Shown here piece by piece: positions 20,401 through 31,800 of a DNA stretch of 64,000 nucleotides (position 1 is its first letter; each line of letters begins with the position of its first letter). Position numbers and translations under genes: made by a program. The notes beneath the pieces were generated by a model that had not been told where the DNA came from, did no database searches, and worked only from the letters and a program-made list of their open reading frames with translations. The stretch lies in the IMG/VR virus record IMGVR_UViG_3300029305_006521, positions 1-64,000 of that record; one strand, written 5' to 3'. This DNA is from a virus. Taxonomy: Duplodnaviria > Caudoviricetes.

Positions 20401-23400
20401 ATAAGCTTTTTCAGCAATTAGAGTACCATTTTCTAAAATCAAAAAAGGTGAACTACTAATTTTTAAATTTTCGGCGCCAGACCAAATTCTAATAGATCTT
20501 TTACTTAAATAATCATTTGTAATTTCTTCTGCAGCAGGTTCTAATTTTGATAAAGCATTTTCTAAATTTTTAATTTCTTCTTCTGAAATAATTTTAGCAT
20601 TTAAACCAACTGTGGTAGATAGTTTAGACGAATCATAAAGATTACCCCAAGGCCCAACAAAAATTCTATCTTGAACCCAAAGTTCACCATTATTGTCCGT
20701 AGTAAGAGTTACATAACCTTCTCGATTTCTTAACCGCAAACCATAAACCGGTTCTTTTTTAATAATAATTGTATTTCCTAAATCATCTTTTTTCTCATAA
20801 GGAGTACAAGGCATATCAGGAAATTGACCAACCGCAAGAATTGGGAAAAAGCGATTATCACCAGTATACTCATATGAAGTACCATCTCCCTTTCCAAACC
20901 TAGCAAAATAATAAGGCATTTGATTAAGAATATCTGTTTTATTTGCTATTTCTTCTGCTGTTGCTTTAAAGCTATATTCTTCATTTATTAACCTTAAGCC
21001 TTGTCCGGCATCAAGTTTTACGGCTTGCCACTCACTATAATCACCGCCGCTAGCCACTAAACTTAAGCCTTTCCAAGTCAAAGCAAAAGAAGCATTTTTT
21101 TCAATTACTTCTAATTTTTTATCTAAAGTGGATTCATTTGCAATTAATTTATCTAAATCAGAACCATTAATGCTTCCATTTACAATTGGACTATCCGCGC
21201 CTATTGCATAAATACCATATTGATTAAAACGAACATATCTATTTGTATCATAAGTTTCGCCTGTAATTTGACCATCTTTAATTACACTATCAACCTTAAA
21301 AGCAGTAATACCATTAGTATCCCATCTAAAATAAGGAACAGTACCATTAACAATATTAACTTTACTTGCATCAATTTGCCCAGCAATTAAATATTTGGTA
21401 TTAATTCCATTACCAGAAATAGCATTACTCCAAGTAACACCGCCATCACTTGAAATGAATACACCGCCGCCGACTACTCGGACACGATTGTTGCTACTTC
21501 GATTATCAATAACTTCAATACCAGTACCAGTATCCCAAATGACACTTTGGTTATCTGAGCCGGAAAGAATTAATGAGTTATTCTGGAAAGATTGTTCAAG
21601 AGTCGAAACTTTAATCTCACCAGTGGGAGTTACAACACCGGCCGCCCTAGCATATTCGCCAACTTGATATTGGAGGCTTTGAGTCGTTGCGGTAATTTTT
21701 TGAAAGAGTTCTTCAAATTGATTTTTATAGTTTTTAATGGTAATTGTTGTCTTAGAAGCATCATCAAGATTTTGATTGCGCTCGCTGACAATAACTTCCA
21801 TTCGATATGGAGTTTTTGCACTCATACCATTAAATTCTTTTGTTACATAACCAAAGAACTCAACATCCTCAATATAAGTTCTATCACCGACATTAAACTT
21901 ATAAGCTTCATATCCATCTACATCTTCAACACTAAGAACGTTAATAGTATAAGAAACTTGCGGATAAGCAGAAGTGTTAGAAATTTTTACAGCATCAAGA
22001 TAATAAAGTTCATCATCTACATAAGATTCATCTGTCCAAGTTCCTTCTTGAATGAAGCGAGAGTATTTGGTATAGAATTTTAACTTTAAATCTTCTTTTT
22101 CTTCTTGTAATTTTTTAATTCTTTCTTCCGCAACATCAATTAAACCTTGATATTTACTTAAAGTTCCCGTAACAGTATCATTCTCTTTTTTCTCAATTGC
22201 ATCACGATTTTGTAAAGCAACATTTCTTAAAATTTCTAAACGTGCAATTTCATTTGCATATTGTGTTCTCTTTTCATCATTAACATTTAAATTATTAAGA
22301 TAAGAAGTTAATTCAGAAATTTCATTGTCATATGCTAAAATCTCAGCATTATATAAATCATATTGTCCTTCTAACTCAGAAACCGTATTACTATAAGCAT
22401 TTACATAAGTTGCTTCTTCATTAATCTGTTTATTAAGATTCTTCAACTTAGCAAAATATCTTAAATCAGTCGCGCCAGTACCATAAAGGTCATTTATAAC
22501 TTGACCATAACTAATTAAACCCTGATTGATATAATAATCAAAATTAATAATTTCTGTTTCACCAGTTTGATTAGAAGGCGCGCGAGCGATTGTGCACATA
22601 CCATCTGTCGCATATTCTTGATTATTTGGTTTTACAATAACTTTAGAAGCGATGGAATTTGAATCAACAGTGCGCTTAATACCTTTTAAATTAATACCAT
22701 ACTTAAAACCAGCATGATTCTCTGCACTGTTAGGTGAATACTGAGAGAATTTAACCGTTTTAACCGGTTTGCCATTCTCAAGCCAAATTTGACCATTCTT
22801 CTTATGTTTTATATGGAAGCTAACCCATACTTCGAATAGTTCAGCAAGAGATTGAATGTTGTTGAAATAGTTAGATTCTTGAGTTTCAAAGAAACGAACT
22901 GAATGATAACCATCCTCATGCAAAGGTTCAAAATTTGAGCCATCATAATAGACAGCTTTACCGTTTTCAACTTTATAGAAATATCTTTTATCTTCAATAG
23001 TAGAAGTAGGAGCATCACCGGGGAAAATAATCTCTCCGTTTTCTTCTTGATATTTAAATAATTGAATATCATAAAGATAAAAGTCATTCGCAGCGGATAT
23101 TGTAAAAATTAATGATTGTTTTGAAGTTGAAGATTTTCCTTTTTCAATTGTTAAAATACAATATTTATAAGTTTTTTCTTCTTCCTCTCCATTTATTTGT
23201 ATTACTTTGTTTTTTAAATCAGAAAAATTAATTATAACATTTCCAAAATAAAAATTTTCATCAGTAGTTTCTTTATCTCTATCTGCTATTCCGAAGTTAA
23301 AACTATCTGGAGAATTATCCCAATCTCCTAAAATATTAACTATATATTTCTCGCCTTCAATTACCTTTAAACCAGCATTAGTAGGCCCACTATTCTTATA

Positions 23401-24693
23401 AGTTTGACCGCCTTCTAATACCAAACTATTTTTTGAATTTTCCCATATAACTTTATCTCGGCCATTTTCATCTTTACCAATAGTTGGCTCAGGGTAAAGA
23501 GTTAAAATTGGGTCTTCTTGTTCTTTATTTAAATTTTTCCAACCAGCATTTGAAGTAAAATTAGTTGAATTAGTTAAATAATTTTGAACAAGAGGGCTAA
23601 CATGATATTCTGTTTCAGTATAACTAAAATATTCCTCAGAACCATTAGTGTAAACTTCAACATACTTATCTAATGTAGACTCATAAACAGTACGTGTTCT
23701 ATCTTGAATTCGATAACCACTATAACCAGTTACTTCTACGTTGACTGCGGCAGATGCTATCTTGTAGTTGAATAAATAATTATCATCAATTACTACTCGA
23801 CCATCATCAATAGCGACCGGATTAGTTTCATCATCAATTCTTCTACCGAAATAAAGAATTTGAACAGATTCTTTTGCTTTAATTCTCCATTGACCATCTT
23901 TTCCACTTTCTTCTGGCTCAGAAAATTCGGCATCATCATAGAAGAAATAAATATATTCATTCGCAGAAATAGTGATTTCTTTATTGTTACCATCATCACC
24001 TTTTCTCATGGCGACGGCCGCAATCGACGTACCTTCTGGAATTTTATACTCAAATAATGGCTCTTTAATTCTTTCAATAGGAGAATAACCTTTTTTTACT
24101 TTCCAATCTGAACCATCTAATACCTTTTCAGCTAACCGCTCAACAGTACCGTAATTATTTTCTAATTCTGTATTCAGCGTTACTGACCAACCATTTTTCC
24201 CAAGTTCATTAACAAATATCTCTTTTGCAACAATATTAGCAACATGAGTATTCGAATCTTTATCTATTGTTTTAATAACAAAATCACGCCAACGGTTGTC
24301 ATAGTCTACACTTGTATCTTCATAATTTGGATTTTCTTCATTGAAATCTATTTCACCATTTAAAATAGTAAAATCAATTTCACCTTTTGAATTAATAAAT
24401 CCATACTCTTCGCCACGGCGCAACTTTAATTTAATTTCATTCTTTAATAATTCAAATAATGGATTGTTGACCCTTTCGCCATCTTTTTCATAATCATAAA
24501 GCATAGAAAAGGTAAGTGTACAATCACCATTTGTTAATTCCTTTAAAGATACATCATAGGCTTTCAATGGAGAATCCATTGAATCAGAACCAATGATAGC
24601 AACTTTCTCATCTGTAAAATATCCATCTGTTTCAAGAGTCCCGGCAATCGGCACGTCTCTCCAGACAGATAATTCATAGGGTTGTTTACCCAT
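17425..24693 (-). CDS. Tal-like tail tip / central fibre protein
   Basis: 2422 aa directly after Dit; hub-like N-terminus, coiled coil, repeated APFVVTQDGSLYASKG-type beta-helix units. Confidence 0.75.
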   Translation of the reverse strand: MGKQPYELSVWRDVPIAGTLETDGYFTDEKVAIIGSDSMDSPLKAYDVSLKELTNGDCTLTFSMLYDYEKDGERVNNPLFELLKNEIKLKLRRGEEYGFINSKGEIDFTILNGEIDFNEENPNYEDTSVDYDNRWRDFVIKTIDKDSNTHVANIVAKEIFVNELGKNGWSVTLNTELENNYGTVERLAEKVLDGSDWKVKKGYSPIERIKEPLFEYKIPEGTSIAAVAMRKGDDGNNKEITISANEYIYFFYDDAEFSEPEESGKDGQWRIKAKESVQILYFGRRIDDETNPVAIDDGRVVIDDNYLFNYKIASAAVNVEVTGYSGYRIQDRTRTVYESTLDKYVEVYTNGSEEYFSYTETEYHVSPLVQNYLTNSTNFTSNAGWKNLNKEQEDPILTLYPEPTIGKDENGRDKVIWENSKNSLVLEGGQTYKNSGPTNAGLKVIEGEKYIVNILGDWDNSPDSFNFGIADRDKETTDENFYFGNVIINFSDLKNKVIQINGEEEEKTYKYCILTIEKGKSSTSKQSLIFTISAANDFYLYDIQLFKYQEENGEIIFPGDAPTSTIEDKRYFYKVENGKAVYYDGSNFEPLHEDGYHSVRFFETQESNYFNNIQSLAELFEVWVSFHIKHKKNGQIWLENGKPVKTVKFSQYSPNSAENHAGFKYGINLKGIKRTVDSNSIASKVIVKPNNQEYATDGMCTIARAPSNQTGETEIINFDYYINQGLISYGQVINDLYGTGATDLRYFAKLKNLNKQINEEATYVNAYSNTVSELEGQYDLYNAEILAYDNEISELTSYLNNLNVNDEKRTQYANEIARLEILRNVALQNRDAIEKKENDTVTGTLSKYQGLIDVAEERIKKLQEEKEDLKLKFYTKYSRFIQEGTWTDESYVDDELYYLDAVKISNTSAYPQVSYTINVLSVEDVDGYEAYKFNVGDRTYIEDVEFFGYVTKEFNGMSAKTPYRMEVIVSERNQNLDDASKTTITIKNYKNQFEELFQKITATTQSLQYQVGEYARAAGVVTPTGEIKVSTLEQSFQNNSLILSGSDNQSVIWDTGTGIEVIDNRSSNNRVRVVGGGVFISSDGGVTWSNAISGNGINTKYLIAGQIDASKVNIVNGTVPYFRWDTNGITAFKVDSVIKDGQITGETYDTNRYVRFNQYGIYAIGADSPIVNGSINGSDLDKLIANESTLDKKLEVIEKNASFALTWKGLSLVASGGDYSEWQAVKLDAGQGLRLINEEYSFKATAEEIANKTDILNQMPYYFARFGKGDGTSYEYTGDNRFFPILAVGQFPDMPCTPYEKKDDLGNTIIIKKEPVYGLRLRNREGYVTLTTDNNGELWVQDRIFVGPWGNLYDSSKLSTTVGLNAKIISEEEIKNLENALSKLEPAAEEITNDYLSKRSIRIWSGAENLKISSSPFLILENGTLIAEKAYIKGNIQADSGNISGLLTIGDGRHGIDGSAVENGYILWGGKSEKNEEINYQFSVDYTGKLHAKNADISGSIIAENGIIKELLIPDNRAGITSEDEVILWIHEDNSLNSKTDSNFYVTNTGDLYASNIYLKKSILIGEDNKKDTITDENGNSIIVTNTYYKAGINYLENSADIKNNNDLAFWAGAKNNNYKNSAFSVGLDGKVIANSINLGDGSLIANNASLEGKLLVGKGKENYIIIDNDKGISTSNFNSAYGWKIDMKGDAYFSNINARGEIVSATFTYNSVNTMGGDLYIAPTYYDYNNTTILINQAPLIFKIKVDKETFDRDIWGDKIYLLEEKENEIVIKFEDKINTYPFNSELNEYVNIKFNFISTEEYPIEYNNNEGRLFKVTDNINYYFYIYYYPQNLENLDSNEIPKIANTYGKISNFSIALTAGCGIDLTAGNILGPAIIITDISKNGQVTTQLGRLSGIQDDIFTEPLDGYGLYGQNVYLTGKVYLPNAGITNDEEEYNGENKISSGEGQQIRMWAGSVPKEKSTAPFVVTQDGSLYASKGIFSGIIQATNSTFSGWLQTTGILIDDNQKTYELDEIYIEETNKKYFIIESDYKITVEELIKNYLPNINETTIKINNTVKELQDVLSDSLKNNDIVIIGEYTIILALSSSIFVFSDLKENVSNLSDLDMTIFNTINSTEYEISNNIPEDLKNKLVLYYKEDNKINCKYIKTFLTKYQLDINDFNKYNGTNYKYDDILTEKLIFNIGDDNKSPESVFYVAYDKDDINKIPENRDKILQIDKKGLSIWEGGLNIYSDYATGWRDNLQIEPSKEFLENYYGYNNELTKEDPFPYIKAIDAENYRLYSTGLNIGKFEKEKINSFIQINNGNISFIRYNNTNTTNEIISFEKLEKEAFNTEPDWYISDTEGILNIGNKFKEKENNLVTFERNNDEVKLGVKGKIRVDDEIDTLNYLNFITETDEVVVQIKRYYNEEVEFDRGIDFVI

Positions 24694-24707
24694 GCCTTTT
24701 CCTCCTT

Positions 24708-25856
24708 TTATAGATAGAGATAATCATAATCAATATTAGAAAATTCAGCAGAACCTTCATAACCTTCAGGTAAAGAAAAAATTGAAAGTTTTAAATTATT
24801 ATTATCTTTTGGTGTCAAATATAAAAAAGTACTTGCTAAAATTAAATTATTGACAGGTTTGTCTCCGTCTAAAATTAATTGTAAATTTGAATCAATTTTA
24901 TAATTTTTATTAGGCTCCATTTTTGAGGCATCAAAATACATATAATATTGACCAATCTCTAAACCTATTACTCCTTTTTCTGGAGCTTTACTAGTTGTAT
25001 AATAATTACGAGGAAGTAAAATATCCATATTAGAACTATAATTAGTTCCATGAATTATATTAAACAATTCAAGATTAATTCCTAAAACATTTAAAGCGTC
25101 TTGCACTGTTTTTTCTTCCCCTTCTTCAACTTTAAATCCAATTTTTCCTCTTAAAATTAAATCTCCTTTTATAGGACTTATAATATCACCAGCATAATAT
25201 AAGTCAACATTATTGCCACTAATAACTCCCGTATTAGGAGAATTTTCCGTAATTTTACCTGCTATATTCCATTCATCTTGGCTACCAAAACCACCTTCTT
25301 TAGTATTAGAATTATAATAAGAAAGTTCTTTGGATGGCGCCTTCGCATAAGGATAATAAGCCGTTAATCCAATTGCACCTTCTCCTTTATAAATACGTCC
25401 GCTACTTGTCACAATACTTGGTAGATAAACTACTGGTGGGTCATTTTCGCCACGTTCAGGATCTGTCGTAGTTATCTCTCTATCAAACACCAAATAACTC
25501 AACTTTGGTTGAGTGTTCGGTTTTACCATATAAGCCTTATACGGCTCTTCATCAAAAATTAATTCTCCTTGTTCCAATGGATTCAGCCATTCGCGCAATT
25601 CACGCACGTCTTCTTCAGCCAAATCATCATAAGCAAAATTAATTGTAAATTGTCTTTGTTGTATTTGTGTATTAAAATAATACAATCCTTTACCTCCAGG
25701 AACTTCAGCAGTTGAATCCTTAAAAGAAGGGGAAAGGGGCATTTCTGCCCGATTCCCCGTATTGATTCTTACAATGCCGAGTTCTGAAGAATGGCGGCCG
25801 TTGTATGTAAAACCAAGAAACGGTCCTTGGAAATCTTTTTTAGCTTCTCTTGCCAT
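24708..25856 (-). CDS. Distal tail protein (Dit)
   Basis: FTYNGRHSSELG...EVPGGKG...LIFDEEP...AYYPYA; follows the tape measure gene. Confidence 0.8.
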   Translation of the reverse strand: MAREAKKDFQGPFLGFTYNGRHSSELGIVRINTGNRAEMPLSPSFKDSTAEVPGGKGLYYFNTQIQQRQFTINFAYDDLAEEDVRELREWLNPLEQGELIFDEEPYKAYMVKPNTQPKLSYLVFDREITTTDPERGENDPPVVYLPSIVTSSGRIYKGEGAIGLTAYYPYAKAPSKELSYYNSNTKEGGFGSQDEWNIAGKITENSPNTGVISGNNVDLYYAGDIISPIKGDLILRGKIGFKVEEGEEKTVQDALNVLGINLELFNIIHGTNYSSNMDILLPRNYYTTSKAPEKGVIGLEIGQYYMYFDASKMEPNKNYKIDSNLQLILDGDKPVNNLILASTFLYLTPKDNNNLKLSIFSLPEGYEGSAEFSNIDYDYLYL

Positions 25857-25868
25857 TCTTTCCTCCTT

Positions 25869-28800
25869 TTAACGGATTAGATTGATTGCATTTGTATTAC
25901 GATAACGAGCATCGTCATTAATAATCCGTTTGACTTTGTCTGCTACTTGTTCAACATCATAATCGTTGCTCAAGGTGTCTACTTCTATGTGAATTTCGAA
26001 GTAATTATCTCCACCAGAAGTCTTTCCATCTGAAACTAAATTCATATCGCGGAGAATGTCGCGAAGTTCAAGGAAATTTGCGGTGTCGCGAGCATTCAGG
26101 ACGATTTCAGGATGAGTTTTGGTGCCATCGAGCCATGCAGGACCGGTAAAGTCAGCAAGACCACCAGTCGCATATTTACGATATTCAGAAGCCATTACCG
26201 CTGCATGCGTATCTTGACCGTAATACCCATCTACTTTTACGCCAAGTATCTTCTGTAAATCTTTAACAGCTTTTTCCGTTTTTGAACCATATATGCCATC
26301 AATTGCCCCTGAGTAAAGACCTATACTTGCTAAAGCATTTTGTAGAGTTTTAATTTCATCTGAACTCATGCTTTTTGTAGGTTTTTTCGCTGCTGGTGCT
26401 AATTGAGCAAAATAACCTCCGCCGCTACCAAAATCGCCAGAGCCATAATTACCATTACCACCTTGCGCGCCGCCAATTGCAGCATCAACATCAGTTGGAT
26501 TCATCCACTCTTTCAAGCCGGCCATTGCTTCTGCAACAGTTTTCTGAAGATTTGTCCACCAGTTCTGTTTTCCAAAATCGCTCAAAGCTTTATAACCTTC
26601 AGTAGATTTTAACAATTCAACCAATGGAGAATTATTATTCAAACTACCATCTGGATTAATTGCCGAATGAAGAAGTTCATTAACTTGACCCCAGAACTTA
26701 CCATTTTCCTTGTCCCAATCAAGTTGATGTTGGAGTAAATCAATTTGTTGTTGACGTTGTTCTTCTGCTTTTTCATTTGCATTTCCCATCTCGTCAATTG
26801 CTTGGTCAATTAATGCATCAGTATAGCTTTGTTGTGCATCACCAATCTGCTCTTCAAGTGCCCTAATCTCCAAATCGCTCGCGCCGGAAGTGTCTTGACG
26901 CAACATGGCCAAGCGGCGTTGCATTTCTTCGATATCGGCCTTTTGTTCTTCTAATTCACGAAGCGCACGCTGTTCGCTAATAACGTCTTGAATTGCGGAA
27001 AGAATTGAACTATTTGATTCAGAAATTAAATCATAAGTTTCTTGAAGTTCATCAATTTCAGCCTGACGTTGTGCAACCAATGCTTCAACAACTCTATCTT
27101 CAAAATCAAGATAGGCTTGTTTGAGTTCTTCGAGTTTTTCACGAAGGTCTTCCTTCATTTCCTCGATTTGCTCTTCTGCGTCAAACATTGCGTCTTCAGC
27201 GTCCCACATCGCATCGCGCAATTCTTCAAGTTTGCTGACGTAATCTTCTATCTTTTGGTCTTTTTCTTCATCTTTTACTTTATCAATTGCATCCCAATTA
27301 ATAAAGATTTGTTGGCTACCGCTATCATAGTAAGCATACTTGCGCAGTGAAGAATTTTTTGCCATGTAAGATTGTAACTGCTCACCTTTGCCTCGATACA
27401 TAGAAGACTGAAGAGCGTAATCTCGACGTAATATATCTGCCTGTTCTTTTAAATTTTGAATTTGAGCAGAAATATTTCTTGCATAATCAGTAGTATTAAG
27501 AATTTGAACTTGTTCGCGTAGAAGTTTATTATATGTTCTTTCTAATTTTTCACGTTCACGAAGGTTACGATTGATTGCTTCAGAAAGGTTGTAAAGTTTA
27601 TCAAAAACGTTTTCCCAAACATTCTCATTTTTGGAATCTTTGCTAGAGGTTTTTCCAGGAGTAGTATCTCCATATGCACTAACTGCGGCATTGCCTGAAA
27701 CAAGAGCTCCACTGGCTCGAGAATTAATTGAGCCATGTTTTAAAAGTTCTTCTGTTTGTAAATGATTAAAAACTATTGGATTATTAGGTAAATTAACAAA
27801 TTCTGCGCCATTATTGCCAACAGTTGTCCATGTGTTTGTTGCTGGGTCAACAACCATTTCTGGACCAAGTTCCCCAACAAGAGTGCCAGAAACTTTAGCA
27901 TTACCAGAAACTCTTGATAATCCACGAGAACGTCCCGCAAGAGTTTTTCGTTGATTGGGAGTAAGGTTAGAAGTAGTATCTGTATTTAAAGTTGTTGATA
28001 CTAATGGTATGGTGCCATCCTTAGAATCATAAACAATCTCAATTGTTTTTGTTTCTGTTTTAAGTAATTCTTCTAAAGTGGCTTTTGCTTCACTATCATC
28101 TAAATAAACTTGAATTGGTGATTCTTCCCAAACTTGTTTTTCAATTTCAGCGGCAATTCGTGCTTCTTCTTCAATATGTTTTTTATCAATTTCAGGTTTT
28201 AAGTCTTTTGGGTCTTTAATTTCTATAGTCTGCATTTCGCCGTAAACAGGAACTTTGATAGAATATATACCATCTTTATTTGTTCCATATTCGGCTAAAA
28301 TTTCCTCTGGACTAAAACCAGTAACTTCAGAAACTTCAACTAAAGCTTGATAAGATAATACGCGTCCACTAGTGTTTCTTCCAATTGTAAAATCTTCAAT
28401 GGTAATTCCTGCATCAGCTAAAGCCGAGCCTAAAGTTTTATTTGGGTCTTTAAGTTTAAAGTCAACATCAAATTCAAAAATTTGCTGTTCTTTATTTAGT
28501 TCTTTTAAATCTGCTAAAATTTCTTCTTTGCTTTTTCCCCAAACAGAAGCTAAACCTTCAACTGTTTTTGAAGTTATAATAGTTTTACCGTTAACTTCAT
28601 CTAAAGCTTCGGAAGCCAATTTTAAACCTTTATTATAATCTTCTTTTTCCATAAACTGAGCCATATTTGGAGAATAGTCTTTGGCATCAGTTATCATCAT
28701 ACCGGCGCCCTGCTCAGTAATATCTAGGGCCTCAGAAATAAGTTTTCTAAGTTCATCTCCAGTATAATTTTCAAGATTATTAAAAATTAATTCACCATTT

Positions 28801-31800
28801 TTATTACTAATATCTAAACCAGCTTGCTGAAGTTTTTCTAAATTGTCAATCCAGAATTGTTCCATGTTACTAGAATTTTCATCAAACATGGATTGAGCTT
28901 CTTTTAAACGAGCCTTATAAGCATCATCACTAAGTTTTTCACCGTTTTCGTCTTCTAAGAAATCTGCACCATAAAAGAATTTAGCGGCATTGGCTAGTTG
29001 AGCATTACCCCAACGACCTTCATCCATTAATTCTTTCATGTTTTCGGCTTGGTCTTTAAACCAATTACTTACATCTCTTCCGTCTAAACCAGCTTCGTAA
29101 TCTTCAATAGATTGTATAGTGTCTTTTATAACTTCATCTAATGAATCAAATGCTCCAAGTGATGCTAAAACAGCATCTGTCATATGGGTAATATTTAATT
29201 CACCAGTAGTTAATTTAGTTAAAGTTTTTGCTAAACCGCTTACAGAGATTTTATTTTGTTTTAAAAATTTATTTAAAGTCTGACTTTCTTCTGCTAATTC
29301 CCGAATATTATCAGCACTTAATTCATCATTGGCTTCTAATATTCCATTTAATTCTTCTTGGACTTCTTGGAAATCGTCAGAATTAAGCCAAGATTTAAAC
29401 TGCGCAGACGTACTAAAAATATCAGCATTTAAATCTAAAAATTGCTGTGCAAGGGCCTTTACATTTCCAGTCCCATATTTAACTTGATTGCTTAATTGAC
29501 TTATTGCAGCAATTGGGTCACTCCAAGAAATACTATTAATTAAACTTTCTGCTTCAGCAATGGATTCAGTATTTAAATTTAAGCTTAATTGAGCAGATAA
29601 AATATCAACCCCAGTTTGGCCTAGATATTGGTTAATATTATCATATAAACTACTTAATTTTTGAACATCTTCTTGAGATAAAGATGGAAACTGATTAATT
29701 AATGATTCTCTTATTTTCCCACCAGAAGACTCAAAATATTTTTGTAATTTTGCTTGATTTTTAGCTTGTTGTTTAATAATTGCTGCGTAGTTTTTGGCAA
29801 AAGTCGATTTTAATTCACCAACATCTATACCTAAAGCATCAGCATATTTTTGAGCTATTTCATCATCGCTTATTACTTCATTAAAAACATTCCCAATTTC
29901 TTCTATACTAGTAGATGCATCTTGTTGCCAAACTTGAAGGAAATCATCAAAACGAGAGGTGCCTTTTTCTGCAGTCATAAAATCATTAAATTCTATGCCT
30001 ATTGTTTCGGCAGCTTCAATAGATGCAATTTTTTCTAATATATCCCTAGTATTTAATCCTTTATCAACATCTTCGGCACTTTCTAAACCAGCAATGGCAG
30101 CATAAACTACTGCAGCATCATGTCGTTCAACACCATTAAATTTAGCAGTGTCTACTCCATATTTTTTTGCTACCTCTAAAAATTCTTTGTTTTTAGATAG
30201 GTCATCAAACCAAGTAAGGTCTCCCTGTGCCCTTGTACCAAAACCCCATTTTAAAGTATACTCGTCTAATACATCTTGAGAAATACCATCTTGTTGAGAA
30301 AAATTTTTAGAAAAAACTTCTGCCGCTGCGTCAAAATTTTTATCTTGTTTATTTTCTTCAGAAACTGTAGTATGATATACTCCTTTTATAAAGCCAGACA
30401 TTTCAGCCTGATTTGTTTTTAATTCTTCAGTATATCCAACAAGAGCTTCTTGTGCAGTTTTTAATTGTTTGGAAGTTAACTGGGTTTCAATACCCATTGT
30501 TTTTAAACTTCCTTCTACATCTTTCCAAAAATCAGCATTATCTATATTTTCAAGAAAAGCTCTTTGTACATCTCTTTCTACTACAAGGTCATTATTTTCA
30601 AATTTAGAGTCAAACTCTTTATTTATTAATTCTTTTTGAAAACTTGAGTTTTGTAGTTGAGCAGATAAGTTTCCTAAAGCAGTAGCCCTTACTATGCGTT
30701 GCTGTTGATTAATTACTTCATTCCAACCATTGTCACTAATGACCATTTGTCCATGTTCACCAGTTTCTAAATATTTAGCTAATGTTGGATATTTAGTAAT
30801 TAATTCTAAAACTTGTTGATTAACTTCTGCTAGTTTTTCTCGCCAAGCATCTGTGCCTTCAACTAATTCATCTAAAGTATTTTGTAAATCATCATACTCA
30901 GATTTATCACCTAAAAGTTCATCATAAGCAGCTTTAGCATTTTCTGCGGCCTCTGCCGCCTGCTTCATATTTTCGTTTAAACGCTCTTGTTTTTCTGCAT
31001 CGGTTTCAATTGCGTTGGCCAATAAAAGTGCGCCCGCCGCGACCGCAGCAATTGCCGCAAAAATCCACCCAAGAGGACAAGCTAAAAATGCAGCAGTTAA
31101 GGCATTTGTTGCCCCTGTTGCGACACCTTCTGAGGCAGCTAGGCCAAGGGTTGCAACTGCACCTTTTCTTTTTTCTGCATTACCAAATAATAAAGCAGCT
31201 ATATTACTTAGTTTAGTTAATACACCTACTCCTTGGACCTGATTTAAGCTAGCCTCTGCTGCCATTTGTCCATAAGTTGTAGCTATTTCATTAAGACGAT
31301 TTTTTATTTCTTCTTTTGATAGCCCGTTAGCTATCATATCTACCTTGTGTTGTAATAGTTTTTGAGCTATGGCTTTATTTGTTAGGGCTATTTCTTGATT
31401 ATCTAAAGTTAAACCTAATGCTTGAATTGCTTGCTGTTGTTTTTCAGATATTCCTACCGCACGAAGAGCATTATTTAATTGTTGACTTGCTGCTGTTAAT
31501 TTTATTTGGTCATCTGCGGCCTCTCTTAGACCATTAAAAGCATCTTTTACTCCATCAAAAGCATCTTTTGGAGGATGAATACCAACCCAAAAATCTTTTT
31601 TAAAGATTTTTTTAACCTTGGTTAAACCAGAATTAAGATTATCAGCAAAACTTTTACTAGCTTTTGCTCCTGCTCCACCAAAAGCTTCCGAAACTCCACC
31701 AAGTATTTTGTTAAAAACATTTTTGCCAATTTTTAAACCACCAAAAGTTAAACCAATACTTAAAATACTTTTAATTAATCCATTTTTACCAGAAACACTA

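Noticed and set aside
7389-24693. Diversity-generating retroelement or invertible tail-fibre system
   Set aside because: No reverse transcriptase or invertase, and no near-identical template/variable repeat pair was noticed
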